From the IMG/VR virus record IMGVR_UViG_3300027708_000032, positions 64,066 through 128,065 of that record: a DNA stretch of 64,000 nt, one strand, 5' to 3'. Shown piece by piece: positions 50,001 to 58,100 of this stretch (within the stretch, counting starts at the first letter, position 1; every line of letters begins with the position of its first letter). The position numbers and the translations under genes were made by a program. Under the pieces are notes generated by a model. That model searched no databases and was not told the origin of the DNA. It saw only the letters and a program-made list of their open reading frames with translations. Source of the stretch: a virus.

Positions 50001-50755
50001 CTAGTAGTAGTTATTGGAGCAGCTGTAGTTGTTGATGTAGTGCTAGTAGTAGATGTTGTACTGGTTGTAGTAGGTGTAGTTATACAAGCAGCATCACCAC
50101 AAAATCCCTTACGACCAGTTAAACCTAAAGGTGTAGGGTTTTCAAGATATGCTATTGTAGTTATAGACTGTGTACAAAAATCAATATACTCACCATAATT
50201 TAAAGTAACTAAAACTCTTCTATTATTACAATCTACATATCTAAACGAATAACTAACACCTTCTAAATTACTACCATTAACCATTGTCCAACAACCACAA
50301 GGAGGTGCAGTGGTTGTAGATGTAGTGCTCGTTGTTGTTTCTGGTGGAGCCGTAGTAGTAGACGTGGTACTAGTAGATGTAGTGGATGTCGTTGTACTTG
50401 TAGTGCTTGTTGTACTTGTGGTACTAGTCGTACTGGTAGTGGATGTTGTAGATGTTGTGGTTGTCGTAGATGTTGTAGTAATATAATAAGTCTCGGCTGT
50501 ACCACCTACCAACTGACAACAAACCTCTGGAGGAAAGTATACAGCAAGAATGTTTAGTAACACACTCATTAATGATTGACCATTAGTAACATTTATACAT
50601 TCATGATCTGGTCCTGAATAAGTTACACAATCAATATCTGGCTTTTCTTCACATGGATCAATAGGCTGACAAGTAGTAAGTCCTGTAACACCTGGTGGTG
50701 TACAGAACATACATGGGTCACATGTTTTAGAAGCAGTATTACAATTACAAGCCAT
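47054..50755 (-). CDS. Large mucin-like Thr/Ser-repeat protein with Cys-rich and possible carbohydrate-binding-like domains, 1233 aa
   Basis: Three long TTS-repeat tracts. FNNPSFDTDLSQW begins a jelly-roll-like domain. N-terminal CVTYSGPDHEC domain. Confidence 0.8.
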   Translation of the reverse strand: MACNCNTASKTCDPCMFCTPPGVTGLTTCQPIDPCEEKPDIDCVTYSGPDHECINVTNGQSLMSVLLNILAVYFPPEVCCQLVGGTAETYYITTTSTTTTTSTTSTTSTTSTTSTTSTTSTTTSTTSTSTTSTTTAPPETTTSTTSTTTAPPCGCWTMVNGSNLEGVSYSFRYVDCNNRRVLVTLNYGEYIDFCTQSITTIAYLENPTPLGLTGRKGFCGDAACITTPTTTSTTSTTSTTSTTTAAPITTTSSTSTTSSTSTTSTTSTTTAAPTTTSSTTTSTTLNPLRNCINQFNNPSFDTDLSQWEVGKTALPSAATSDWVWDAGRAAYNGGTTGGYIGQNVLTVGFTYRITLDLTIINSGFLNNKSIRVYAGTTASAIQNVIGNTLVDVTLTCTGNGYLSIYGVDSRPGDGVYYMFIDNVCAIQTIPPTTTTSTTSTTSTTTARPTTTSTTSTSTTSTTTAPPTTTSTTSTTSTTTLAPTTTSTTSTTSTTSSTTSTTSTTSTTTLRPTTTSTTSTTSTTSTTTLAPTTTTSTTSTTSTTSTTSTTTSTTSTTTTIPNFNKCTDCTPSFLSQEPNPIGFINVGDLFSPVGGACIISDYVIDWYRKDQLTDPLGTVQFVTGKTAGAALFGSAVGTAHPLTGTNTIPVIAGYWVPVIRYATIGGITYTSTPRSGYNSATDLATCLTPILVQNFNCTNGTVTTGNYTHLVAYQNGTQLASEASKTIAFDLDGTVQYFAYFFNGYLIADRLKFSYVSGATETVMHDLVIGTDNATDNYTVTPKLVKRESYKDVINLTPFTYTPGDYIKITITASYNAPANANTNWDLSMKCLASFSLNYTKPILDVCHPTLAYDTNACRYTLDMQFAQYPAITGTGANQDTNASSDLMKYIGVYGYYDGQYGGYTWTSSTLNIRTYLRNQASCGSSNVGNTGNTNILAAGGYTISKTGTTGNVTYTYVFSQQADYDSYYNDYFTAMAIHVPGYNPSNRTFTLPSNTTIDYYKYVVFRVRVANTPGDTIINKDFIFHYGTFVNFDNATKTISLTLANIAYGYITPSLCPGSSGLATNCGTLGVSDHNGANTINTSGPAYSYTTYIKVTGSSYGIQWAFTAPTLQNPMFAWIQDYIVAATWGSIYSVFGTSTIPTGWCRDSYPGNVSKFLRSYRHFYRATITNTADALNNYKIETLLDANGCYTGVGITGNAIYTTVYEISGGAVITQNCSNLPTTTTTSTTTSPP
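49080..49465 (-). repeat. Degenerate Thr/Ser coding repeat (TTS)n
   Basis: About 125 codons, almost all Thr/Ser, with recurrent AGTACT/ACTAGT hexamers; broken by ARP/APP/LAP/LRP spacers. Confidence 0.9.
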
Positions 50756-50768
50756 TTATTAGTTTTTA

Positions 50769-51362
50769 TTAAGGTGCTGGTGGTAAACTATTATAACAAG
50801 GATCTACTATAGTATATCCTGTTTGTGGTAAACAATCTGCCTGTAGTTCACCATATATATAAATGTATCCAGTGTTATCTGCATTTCTCACTTTAAGAAT
50901 AGGAAAGTCTGTTCCTAATACTTTAAGAATATATGATTGTTCAGAGTTAAATTCAGGAATACTATTATTTCCAGAATAACTTATTTTATATCCTATTACT
51001 TTAATTCTATCATCTCCTAAATCATTTACCATAGATACAAAACTTTTACCTGTTATTGGAAAATTTATTTCAGATACTGTAATTGTTTCTGAACCTAATA
51101 TTAATGCACTAGTTTTATAATTATTACTAGCAATCCCTTTCCAAAATAATATATAACAACTAGCTGGAAGTTCTGTAATAGTGAGGCATCCAGATGATGC
51201 TGTAAGATCACCACTAAGTGTCGTATATGTAACACTTGTTGCAGTATCTTCTATGTAAAAACTTCCTATAGAAGTCTCTATAGTATATGGTGTACCACTT
51301 ATAGTGTAGTTAATTCTTATTACACCTGATGTTCCTGAAACTGTTATTAAACAAGCAGCCAT
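50769..51362 (-). CDS. Hypothetical beta-rich structural protein, 197 aa
   Basis: ORF track; tightly packed in the operon. Confidence 0.6.
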   Translation of the reverse strand: MAACLITVSGTSGVIRINYTISGTPYTIETSIGSFYIEDTATSVTYTTLSGDLTASSGCLTITELPASCYILFWKGIASNNYKTSALILGSETITVSEINFPITGKSFVSMVNDLGDDRIKVIGYKISYSGNNSIPEFNSEQSYILKVLGTDFPILKVRNADNTGYIYIYGELQADCLPQTGYTIVDPCYNSLPPAP

Positions 51363-51381
51363 TTATATAAATTTTAAAGTA

Positions 51382-51954
51382 TTAAGTTAAAGGACAAGTT
51401 GGAAGACCAGAATAACCATTCATACTTGCATATGTTACAAATTTAAAATAACCTTTAGCATCTGTAGGAGGAGTTATTCTATTAGCAGTTGTATTAACAA
51501 CTAATTCTAAATTATTAGCTATTGAAGAAATAGTAGTTATTAATATATAATTAAGTGTTCCAGTATGAAAATCATTATTTGTACTACTATAATCTACAAA
51601 TGCTACACCTGGAATATTTAAAATTTCATTTTTTAAAGCTGTAGGATCATTAAATCTACCAGGATCCCATGATCCAAAACTTGTTGAAAATGCAGTGTAT
51701 ACACCATTTAAAACATAACCGATTAAAGAAGGATCACCTCCACCTTGAGCTTCCCAATATTGTCTATTATTTCCATCATCTGCTGCAATAGGAATAGGGC
51801 ATATATAACAACCTAATTTTTGTAAATTATCTGTATTAGCACAACCATTTTGTGAAGAAAATATATCTGGATTAGATAGACTAACAATAGTAGCACCTGC
51901 AGGTAGAACATAACTATCACCAGGAGCTAATGTTAATGATTTATAAACTGGCAT
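51382..51954 (-). CDS. Hypothetical beta-rich structural protein, 190 aa
   Basis: ORF track; tightly packed in the operon. Confidence 0.6.
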   Translation of the reverse strand: MPVYKSLTLAPGDSYVLPAGATIVSLSNPDIFSSQNGCANTDNLQKLGCYICPIPIAADDGNNRQYWEAQGGGDPSLIGYVLNGVYTAFSTSFGSWDPGRFNDPTALKNEILNIPGVAFVDYSSTNNDFHTGTLNYILITTISSIANNLELVVNTTANRITPPTDAKGYFKFVTYASMNGYSGLPTCPLT

Positions 51955-51966
51955 ATTATTAATTTT

Positions 51967-53238
51967 TTAAATACTATAAACTACGGTTAATATTTCTCCT
52001 GTTGTAGAAGTATTGCTGATTGTACAACAATCTCCAAAGTATGGTATTACGCTTACATTCAAACACTTAATACAAGTGATATCATCATTAGTAAAACATG
52101 CATTAGCTGATATTGTAAGACCTGTTGTGACATCTACACCGCCAAGTGTTGTAACATCAAAACTGTATAATGGATTAAGAGTAAGATCATCTAACACACC
52201 GTCATGAATGGTAGGGTCAGCATCTCTTAACTTAAGACCAACAGTAGTAGCAATGTTACCCAAACCATCTGTAAGTGTAAGTACTGTTTCTCCACCACAG
52301 TCATAGAAGCCCATAGGAAGGGTTGTTCCTGTAAAGAATAATCTAAGAGTGTTCTTATCTATCCACTTGTAACTAATCTTGATTATTACATTTTCACAAC
52401 TAACTTGACAACATGTAGTGAGTATTAGATTAACAGCTGATCTTATATCACATACAGTGAGCCATAAGTTTTGTAAGTTCTGAGCTAGTGTTGTAGGAGT
52501 GTTAACCCAACCTGTAATAGCAGACATGGTCTGTTTAGGATTAACCAATTGTTTAGTAGATCCTGTTACGCACACTACACTTGGAGCATATGAGCTTGTT
52601 AACTGTGATGTACTACCTAATACTGTTTTATAACTACAGAACTCACCTTCTAAGTTTTCTAACACTACATCTATATCTTCTATAGCTCCTAATAAACAGC
52701 TAGACACTGATAATGTAGGGGTAGTAGCATTTTGTAAATTGATTACATCTTGCTGTAGTTGAGCTATATTTTGAGTGTTTGTATTTATTTGAGCCCATGC
52801 ATTACATAGCACAGTGGCTATTCTTTTAACTAAGTCACTAAGTACTAATGATGTAAGAACACCACCAGTTATTTCTGGACAATAAGTTGTAAGATCAATA
52901 GTAGGTTCTACATATGGAGTGCCTGGGTTAGGAATATTCTTTACAATATCAGAAAGACAGCATACTTTATTAACTAATAATGTTAGTATGTTAGTAAGTG
53001 TTTTCTCTGGCTCTGGTGTAGTCTGACATACTTGTACAAGACATGTTAAATCTATATCAGTAAGTCCTAAGTCTGCTTTAAGCTGACATACTTCTACAGC
53101 TGTTTTATAAACCACATCAGAGATACTATCTCCTTTACAAAGATTTATACAAGGTAAATCTGGACCCTGCCATACCACACAATTAGAGGATATGGGAGAA
53201 CAGTTTTCTTTATTTGAGTTAGACCTGATTGGTACCAT
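51967..53238 (-). CDS. Cys-rich fibre-base/adaptor-like structural protein with a short coiled coil, 423 aa
   Basis: CVVWQGPDLPC domain shared with the mucin-like proteins; INTNTQNIAQLQQDVINLQN heptads. Confidence 0.6.
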   Translation of the reverse strand: MVPIRSNSNKENCSPISSNCVVWQGPDLPCINLCKGDSISDVVYKTAVEVCQLKADLGLTDIDLTCLVQVCQTTPEPEKTLTNILTLLVNKVCCLSDIVKNIPNPGTPYVEPTIDLTTYCPEITGGVLTSLVLSDLVKRIATVLCNAWAQINTNTQNIAQLQQDVINLQNATTPTLSVSSCLLGAIEDIDVVLENLEGEFCSYKTVLGSTSQLTSSYAPSVVCVTGSTKQLVNPKQTMSAITGWVNTPTTLAQNLQNLWLTVCDIRSAVNLILTTCCQVSCENVIIKISYKWIDKNTLRLFFTGTTLPMGFYDCGGETVLTLTDGLGNIATTVGLKLRDADPTIHDGVLDDLTLNPLYSFDVTTLGGVDVTTGLTISANACFTNDDITCIKCLNVSVIPYFGDCCTISNTSTTGEILTVVYSI

Positions 53239-53258
53239 TTTATTAATTTTTAACTAGT

Positions 53259-53290
53259 CTATATTATAATATACTAAATTTTGAAGAGTT
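53259..53290 (-). promoter_or_regulatory. Candidate phage late promoter upstream of the mucin-like/glycosyltransferase operon
   Basis: Minus strand AACTCTTCAAAATTTAGTATATTATAATATAG; GTATATTAT core shared with the 60.9 kb and 62.25 kb elements. Confidence 0.5.
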
Positions 53291-53302
53291 ATCCAATTTA
53301 TT

Positions 53303-54409
53303 TTATCCCACACCACCACATCCTAGAAGAGATTGTACACTTGGAGGGTTTGATAGTATTGGTCCTGTACTTCCACTATTTGTACTATTAGGCCCTATAT
53401 ACCAGGTGTTAGTTGTAGGAGATGCTGTAAAACTTCCACCAAATGTAATATAATCAGAAGAAGATACTACATCCCTACCTAGCTTATTTACAAAGTATCC
53501 TCCTAATGCTCCTCTTTGTATACTAACTGGATTTCCTGGAGTTCCTTTTACAATGAACCTATAAAAGTTATTTGTACTAAATCCTGTAAACTGGATACCA
53601 TGACCTGCAGTAGATGTATTATCTATGAAGTTTACAAATGTATTACTACCACTTGTTATAACAAGACCAGTTCCTGCTCCTCTTGCTATTTCTAATGTAT
53701 AAAAAGAATGCCCACCACTATTAAAACTAAGATTACTTGTACTTGAATTAGTTAATAGTACTCTACTTTGTTCAGCATTAAATGTTAAATTTGTTATTGT
53801 ACTAGTACTCCAAGGAACTGTACCAGTTAATGTCCAAGTACCACATCCCATATAAAGAGCTCTTACATTAGAGTTATTACTACTAAATGAAGCAGCAGTT
53901 ATATTTGCACAATTAAAAGCTGTTAAAGTTCCTGCTGTTAAAGTTAATGTACCTGAGATAGTTACATTTGCATTAATAATCACAGCATTAGCAGCTACTA
54001 TATTAAAATTACCTACTGCATTCAAAACATCTAAAACTTGCCAAACACCAGCTCCATTATTAAATGTTACTGAATTTAAAGATTTACCATTAAGAGTTAT
54101 ATATCCTCCAACACCTGAAGTAAATGTAACTCCACCTGTCCAACTCTGAGTCATACCTGTAGAAAAACGTAAAGCTACTCCTGTTACTGTTCCTGTACTA
54201 GATCCTGTTATAGTTTGATTATTTCCTCCACTAAGTATACCTGTATATCCATTAAAATCAATACTATTAAAAGTGTAAGTTGCATTTATGTTACAATCAG
54301 CTGAGTTATTAAACACAAGGTCATCTGTTGCTGTAGGAACAGCAGCAGGACTCCAATTGGAAGCTACGTTCCAGTTAGCAGTTGTCCCAACCCATGTTTT
54401 AATAGCCAT
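53303..54409 (-). CDS. Beta-helix / adhesin-like fibre-associated protein, 368 aa
   Basis: KTWVGTTANWNVASNWS...VPTATDDLVF start and Gly/Thr/Asn-rich beta-solenoid composition. Confidence 0.6.
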   Translation of the reverse strand: MAIKTWVGTTANWNVASNWSPAAVPTATDDLVFNNSADCNINATYTFNSIDFNGYTGILSGGNNQTITGSSTGTVTGVALRFSTGMTQSWTGGVTFTSGVGGYITLNGKSLNSVTFNNGAGVWQVLDVLNAVGNFNIVAANAVIINANVTISGTLTLTAGTLTAFNCANITAASFSSNNSNVRALYMGCGTWTLTGTVPWSTSTITNLTFNAEQSRVLLTNSSTSNLSFNSGGHSFYTLEIARGAGTGLVITSGSNTFVNFIDNTSTAGHGIQFTGFSTNNFYRFIVKGTPGNPVSIQRGALGGYFVNKLGRDVVSSSDYITFGGSFTASPTTNTWYIGPNSTNSGSTGPILSNPPSVQSLLGCGGVG

Positions 54410-54415
54410 TATACT

Positions 54416-55114
54416 TTATTTATAGAATATATTAATAACAAGATCATTTAAAGCTACAGCAGTAGCATCACTATCTGCAAGTCCTGTTACAGTGGTAATA
54501 GCTATACCTGTAGAAAAAGCTAATCCATTAGGAAAACTTACGTTTGTTGCAGCAAGACCAGGAATAACTATACTATAGAATACACTTGATCCAGCTGTAG
54601 GTGTACCAGCTGTATTATGAAAAGCTACCTTTCTAGCATTAGCATTTGAGTTATAAATATACCATCCTGTTACCACTCCTGCAGAAGCTTTAATGTTTGT
54701 AGCATTAACTGATGCTGCAGACACTAAGTGATATGTAGTATCACCACCTGTAGCAGAAGATACAGATGTTACATATAAAGGATTGGAAGAACTCACTGCA
54801 GACCCACCTTGATAATTCTCAGCTGCTGTTTTAAGGTTTGTAGCTGTAGCTTGTGTAGCAGCAAAACTTGTATTAGTTATAGAACCAATAGCATTAGATC
54901 CTGTAGCTAATGCTGGAAGAGAAGCTAATGATACAGGTTGAGTTGCTTGATAAAAAGTTCCAGTTACTGCTACAGAAGCAGCAATGCTCACTGGCTGTGT
55001 AGCTTGGTAAAAGGTTCCTGATACAGGTACAGCTGCCTGATCATTAGCTATTACAACTGGTGATGAGTTAGCACTACTTGCTGAACCATTTGGATTTTGA
55101 GGATTATATGCCAT
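54416..55114 (-). CDS. Fibre/decoration-like protein with GTFYQATQPVS repeat, 232 aa
   Basis: Two copies of GTFYQATQPVS; Ala/Ser/Thr-rich. Confidence 0.6.
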   Translation of the reverse strand: MAYNPQNPNGSASSANSSPVVIANDQAAVPVSGTFYQATQPVSIAASVAVTGTFYQATQPVSLASLPALATGSNAIGSITNTSFAATQATATNLKTAAENYQGGSAVSSSNPLYVTSVSSATGGDTTYHLVSAASVNATNIKASAGVVTGWYIYNSNANARKVAFHNTAGTPTAGSSVFYSIVIPGLAATNVSFPNGLAFSTGIAITTVTGLADSDATAVALNDLVINIFYK

Positions 55115-55118
55115 AGTC

Positions 55119-58100
55119 TTAAATTATATTCCAATTAGTACCATCACTTACCAAAGTGAGAGATACATATTGTCTAGTTATAGTTATTGGTGAAGCACTA
55201 CCATCTATTGTTCCAGCTGTAGTTGCTATAGATACAGTGTTTGTTCCCACTCTTTTTATAGTGTATAAATTAGTATTTCCTGCTGCTGCTGGAAGTGTAA
55301 CTGTTGTAGTTCCTGATACAAGATAGACGTAGTCTGTATTAGCTGTAGATCCAGCTGCTGTATTTGAATTTACTGAAGATACAACTCTTGTAAAACCAGT
55401 TACAGTGCCCCATGTTGGAGCACTAGTTCCATTTGATATAAGAACTTGACCTGAAGTACCTGCTGCTGTAGATGCTAATGCAGAAGTAGAAGATCCATAC
55501 ATTATACCACCTTGAACAAAAGGTGATGATTGACCTGTACCACCTCTATTATATGCAATAGTTGTACCATTCCATTGTGCAGAGGTTATTGAGCCACCAT
55601 AATTAAATGTATTAGTAGACCAAGATACATTACTTGGTGCTTGATCATGATAGTCCCAACTACCAGCTGCAATAGCATTATCTAATAATGTAACTGTTGT
55701 GTATGCCCCTGAAGGTATTGATACTATTAATGTATTACTATTATTATTAACAGTAATAGCCCCACTAGTTTGATTATTATTAAATGAAAAAGATGTTCCT
55801 TTTGCTAGTGTAGTTGCATCAGGTAGTTTAAATGTTTGTCCACCTGATCCTGTTATTACATAATCTGGAACAGAAGCTTTTGTTAATACAATTTGAGTTC
55901 CTGATGCAGCAGTATTTAAAAAACCTGTAATTAATGAATTAGCTGTTATATTATTATCATCATCTAATGTAGCACCTGAGTTTTGTATAAGTTTACCTGT
56001 AGTGGTATCAAATCTTACAATAGCATTATCTGTAGCTGAAGATGGTCCAACTACATCTCCTACACTCCAAGTTCTATTAGCTGTAAGATCTTGTGTTGTA
56101 CCATTAATTGTTAATGTTCTAGCATTTGTTACTGGTGTATATCCAAGAGCTGTAGTTACATCAGATGATGTTATACTTGTAAGATATGTATTTGTATCTA
56201 AACTAAATGTACCTGCTGCAGTCATTTTAACAAAAGGAGTTCCTGATATCCATGTGGGATAATTTGCTACAGCAAAAGTACCTAATCCTAAAGATGTTCT
56301 ACCTGTAGCTGCTACTAATCCTGTTGCTCCACCATCCCATTTATTTCTATCTGTATATGCTGTATCCCAATTAGTTGTATTATCAGTGAGATATGATATT
56401 GTACCTGCTGTAGATTTAACTATACCTGTACCACTTAAAGCAGCCTGCTTACCATTCCATGTAGAAGCTGAAGCTATTCTACTATCTGCAAGTGTGCCAG
56501 CCCATGTTATAGCATGAGCTGTTCCTGAGGATACTATTGTGATATTGGTGTCATCAGTAAATGTCTGTGTTGCTCCTGATAGTCCATTAAGAGATGTTAT
56601 ACCTCCTCCACCACCAGGGATAGCTTGTGTACTAATAAAACCATTGTTATCTGTAACCACCATCTGTGTTCCACCTCCTGCTAGTGTTTGAAAAGACACT
56701 CTACCATTTGCATATATATTAAATATATTTTGGTTTGAGCCTGCAACACCACCTGCAGAATCTCTTTCTATAAAATTATATCTTATAAAATTATCATCAG
56801 CAACAAAAGCAGGACTAAACTGAAACTCAAACCCTGGAAAATAACCATTATCATCAGTAATATTTGTAGCACCTAATACTATAGCTGAACCTCCTGCTCC
56901 AAAAGTATTTACAGAAGTGTACACACCAAACTTGGTATCTCCATTTCTTTCTATAATACTTTCCTCATAAGGGAAACCCATGCTTCCACCACCATCACCA
57001 ACATGCAATCTTACTTGTGGATTACTATTACCTATACCAACTCTTTGTGTTGGTGTTAATACTAATAACTTTGATGATACATTCCAACTTTGTCCTGCAG
57101 GAGCTACACCAAATATTAAAGGCCAACCAGCACCACTTGGATATGCATCTGTATGTATATAATGAGCTTGTGTAGTATTATCTCCTACAAATAATAATTG
57201 ATTTTTTTGTTGGTTAGCTATAAACTGAAAATCATAACCATAACCAGCAGGATTACCATTAGGTACAACCACTATAGCTGTACCTGTATCAGTGCTTGTA
57301 GCTTGAAAAGTAGCATAGTCCAATCCAAAAGCATTTACAGAACCTCCTAATTTTACATAGGACAAGTTCAAATAGTTTGGAGAACTAATAGTTAAGTCTC
57401 CATTTATATATCCTGCTCCATTAACATGTAAAGGATATGTAGGTGTATTAGTTCCTATACCAAGATATTTATTAGTATTGTCCCACCACAAACCATTATC
57501 TCCTATTATAGAAGAACTTGTATCCCAAAATGCCACTTGTGTAGCTGAACCAGTTCCTGTAATAGGATTGGTAAGTAAAGGTTGATATGAAGTAGTATCA
57601 AGAGTAAATGAACCAGCTGCATCCATTTTTACAAATGGTGTACCTGTAGTCCATGCAGGATAATCTAAAGTACCCCAAGTACCAACAGTTGGTATAGTGG
57701 GGAAGGTCTGCCAAGTCTTGTCACCTCTCCAATATTGACTAGTAGTTCCAGCTGTAATAGCTGGTTCTTTACTATTAAATGTAGTCCAATTTGTAGAAGA
57801 TAGATAACCAGCTTGTGATCCACTGGCTTGTTGTATAGTTATGTTAGGAGTGGTTCCTCCTGAAGAGAATAGTGGAGATGTTGCTGTTACAGCTGTTACT
57901 GTACCTGTTCCTACAGGAATAGTTATATTACCATCTGTTCCTGCTGGTTGACCATTTACAGATAGAGCAAATGTACCTGAAGCATCAGGAATATTTATTA
58001 ATATATCACTTGTGTTTGTTTGTTGAAGTCTTGTTTTAAATGAAGTAAATGGACTTGTACTTTTAGAAAATACTATTTGATCATTAGCTGTAGCTGTAGC

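Noticed and set aside
49065-50198. Plus-strand Val-rich ORFs (49065-49508 and 49947-50198; also 46601-46921 and 44861-45136)
   Set aside because: Antisense shadows of the Thr/Ser codon repeats; reverse-complemented ACN codons give stop-free Val- or Cys/Ser-rich frames.
49080-50480. Possible CRISPR array or DNA-level tandem repeat
   Set aside because: No constant repeat with unique spacers; the periodicity is explained by protein-level Thr/Ser repeats with varied codons.
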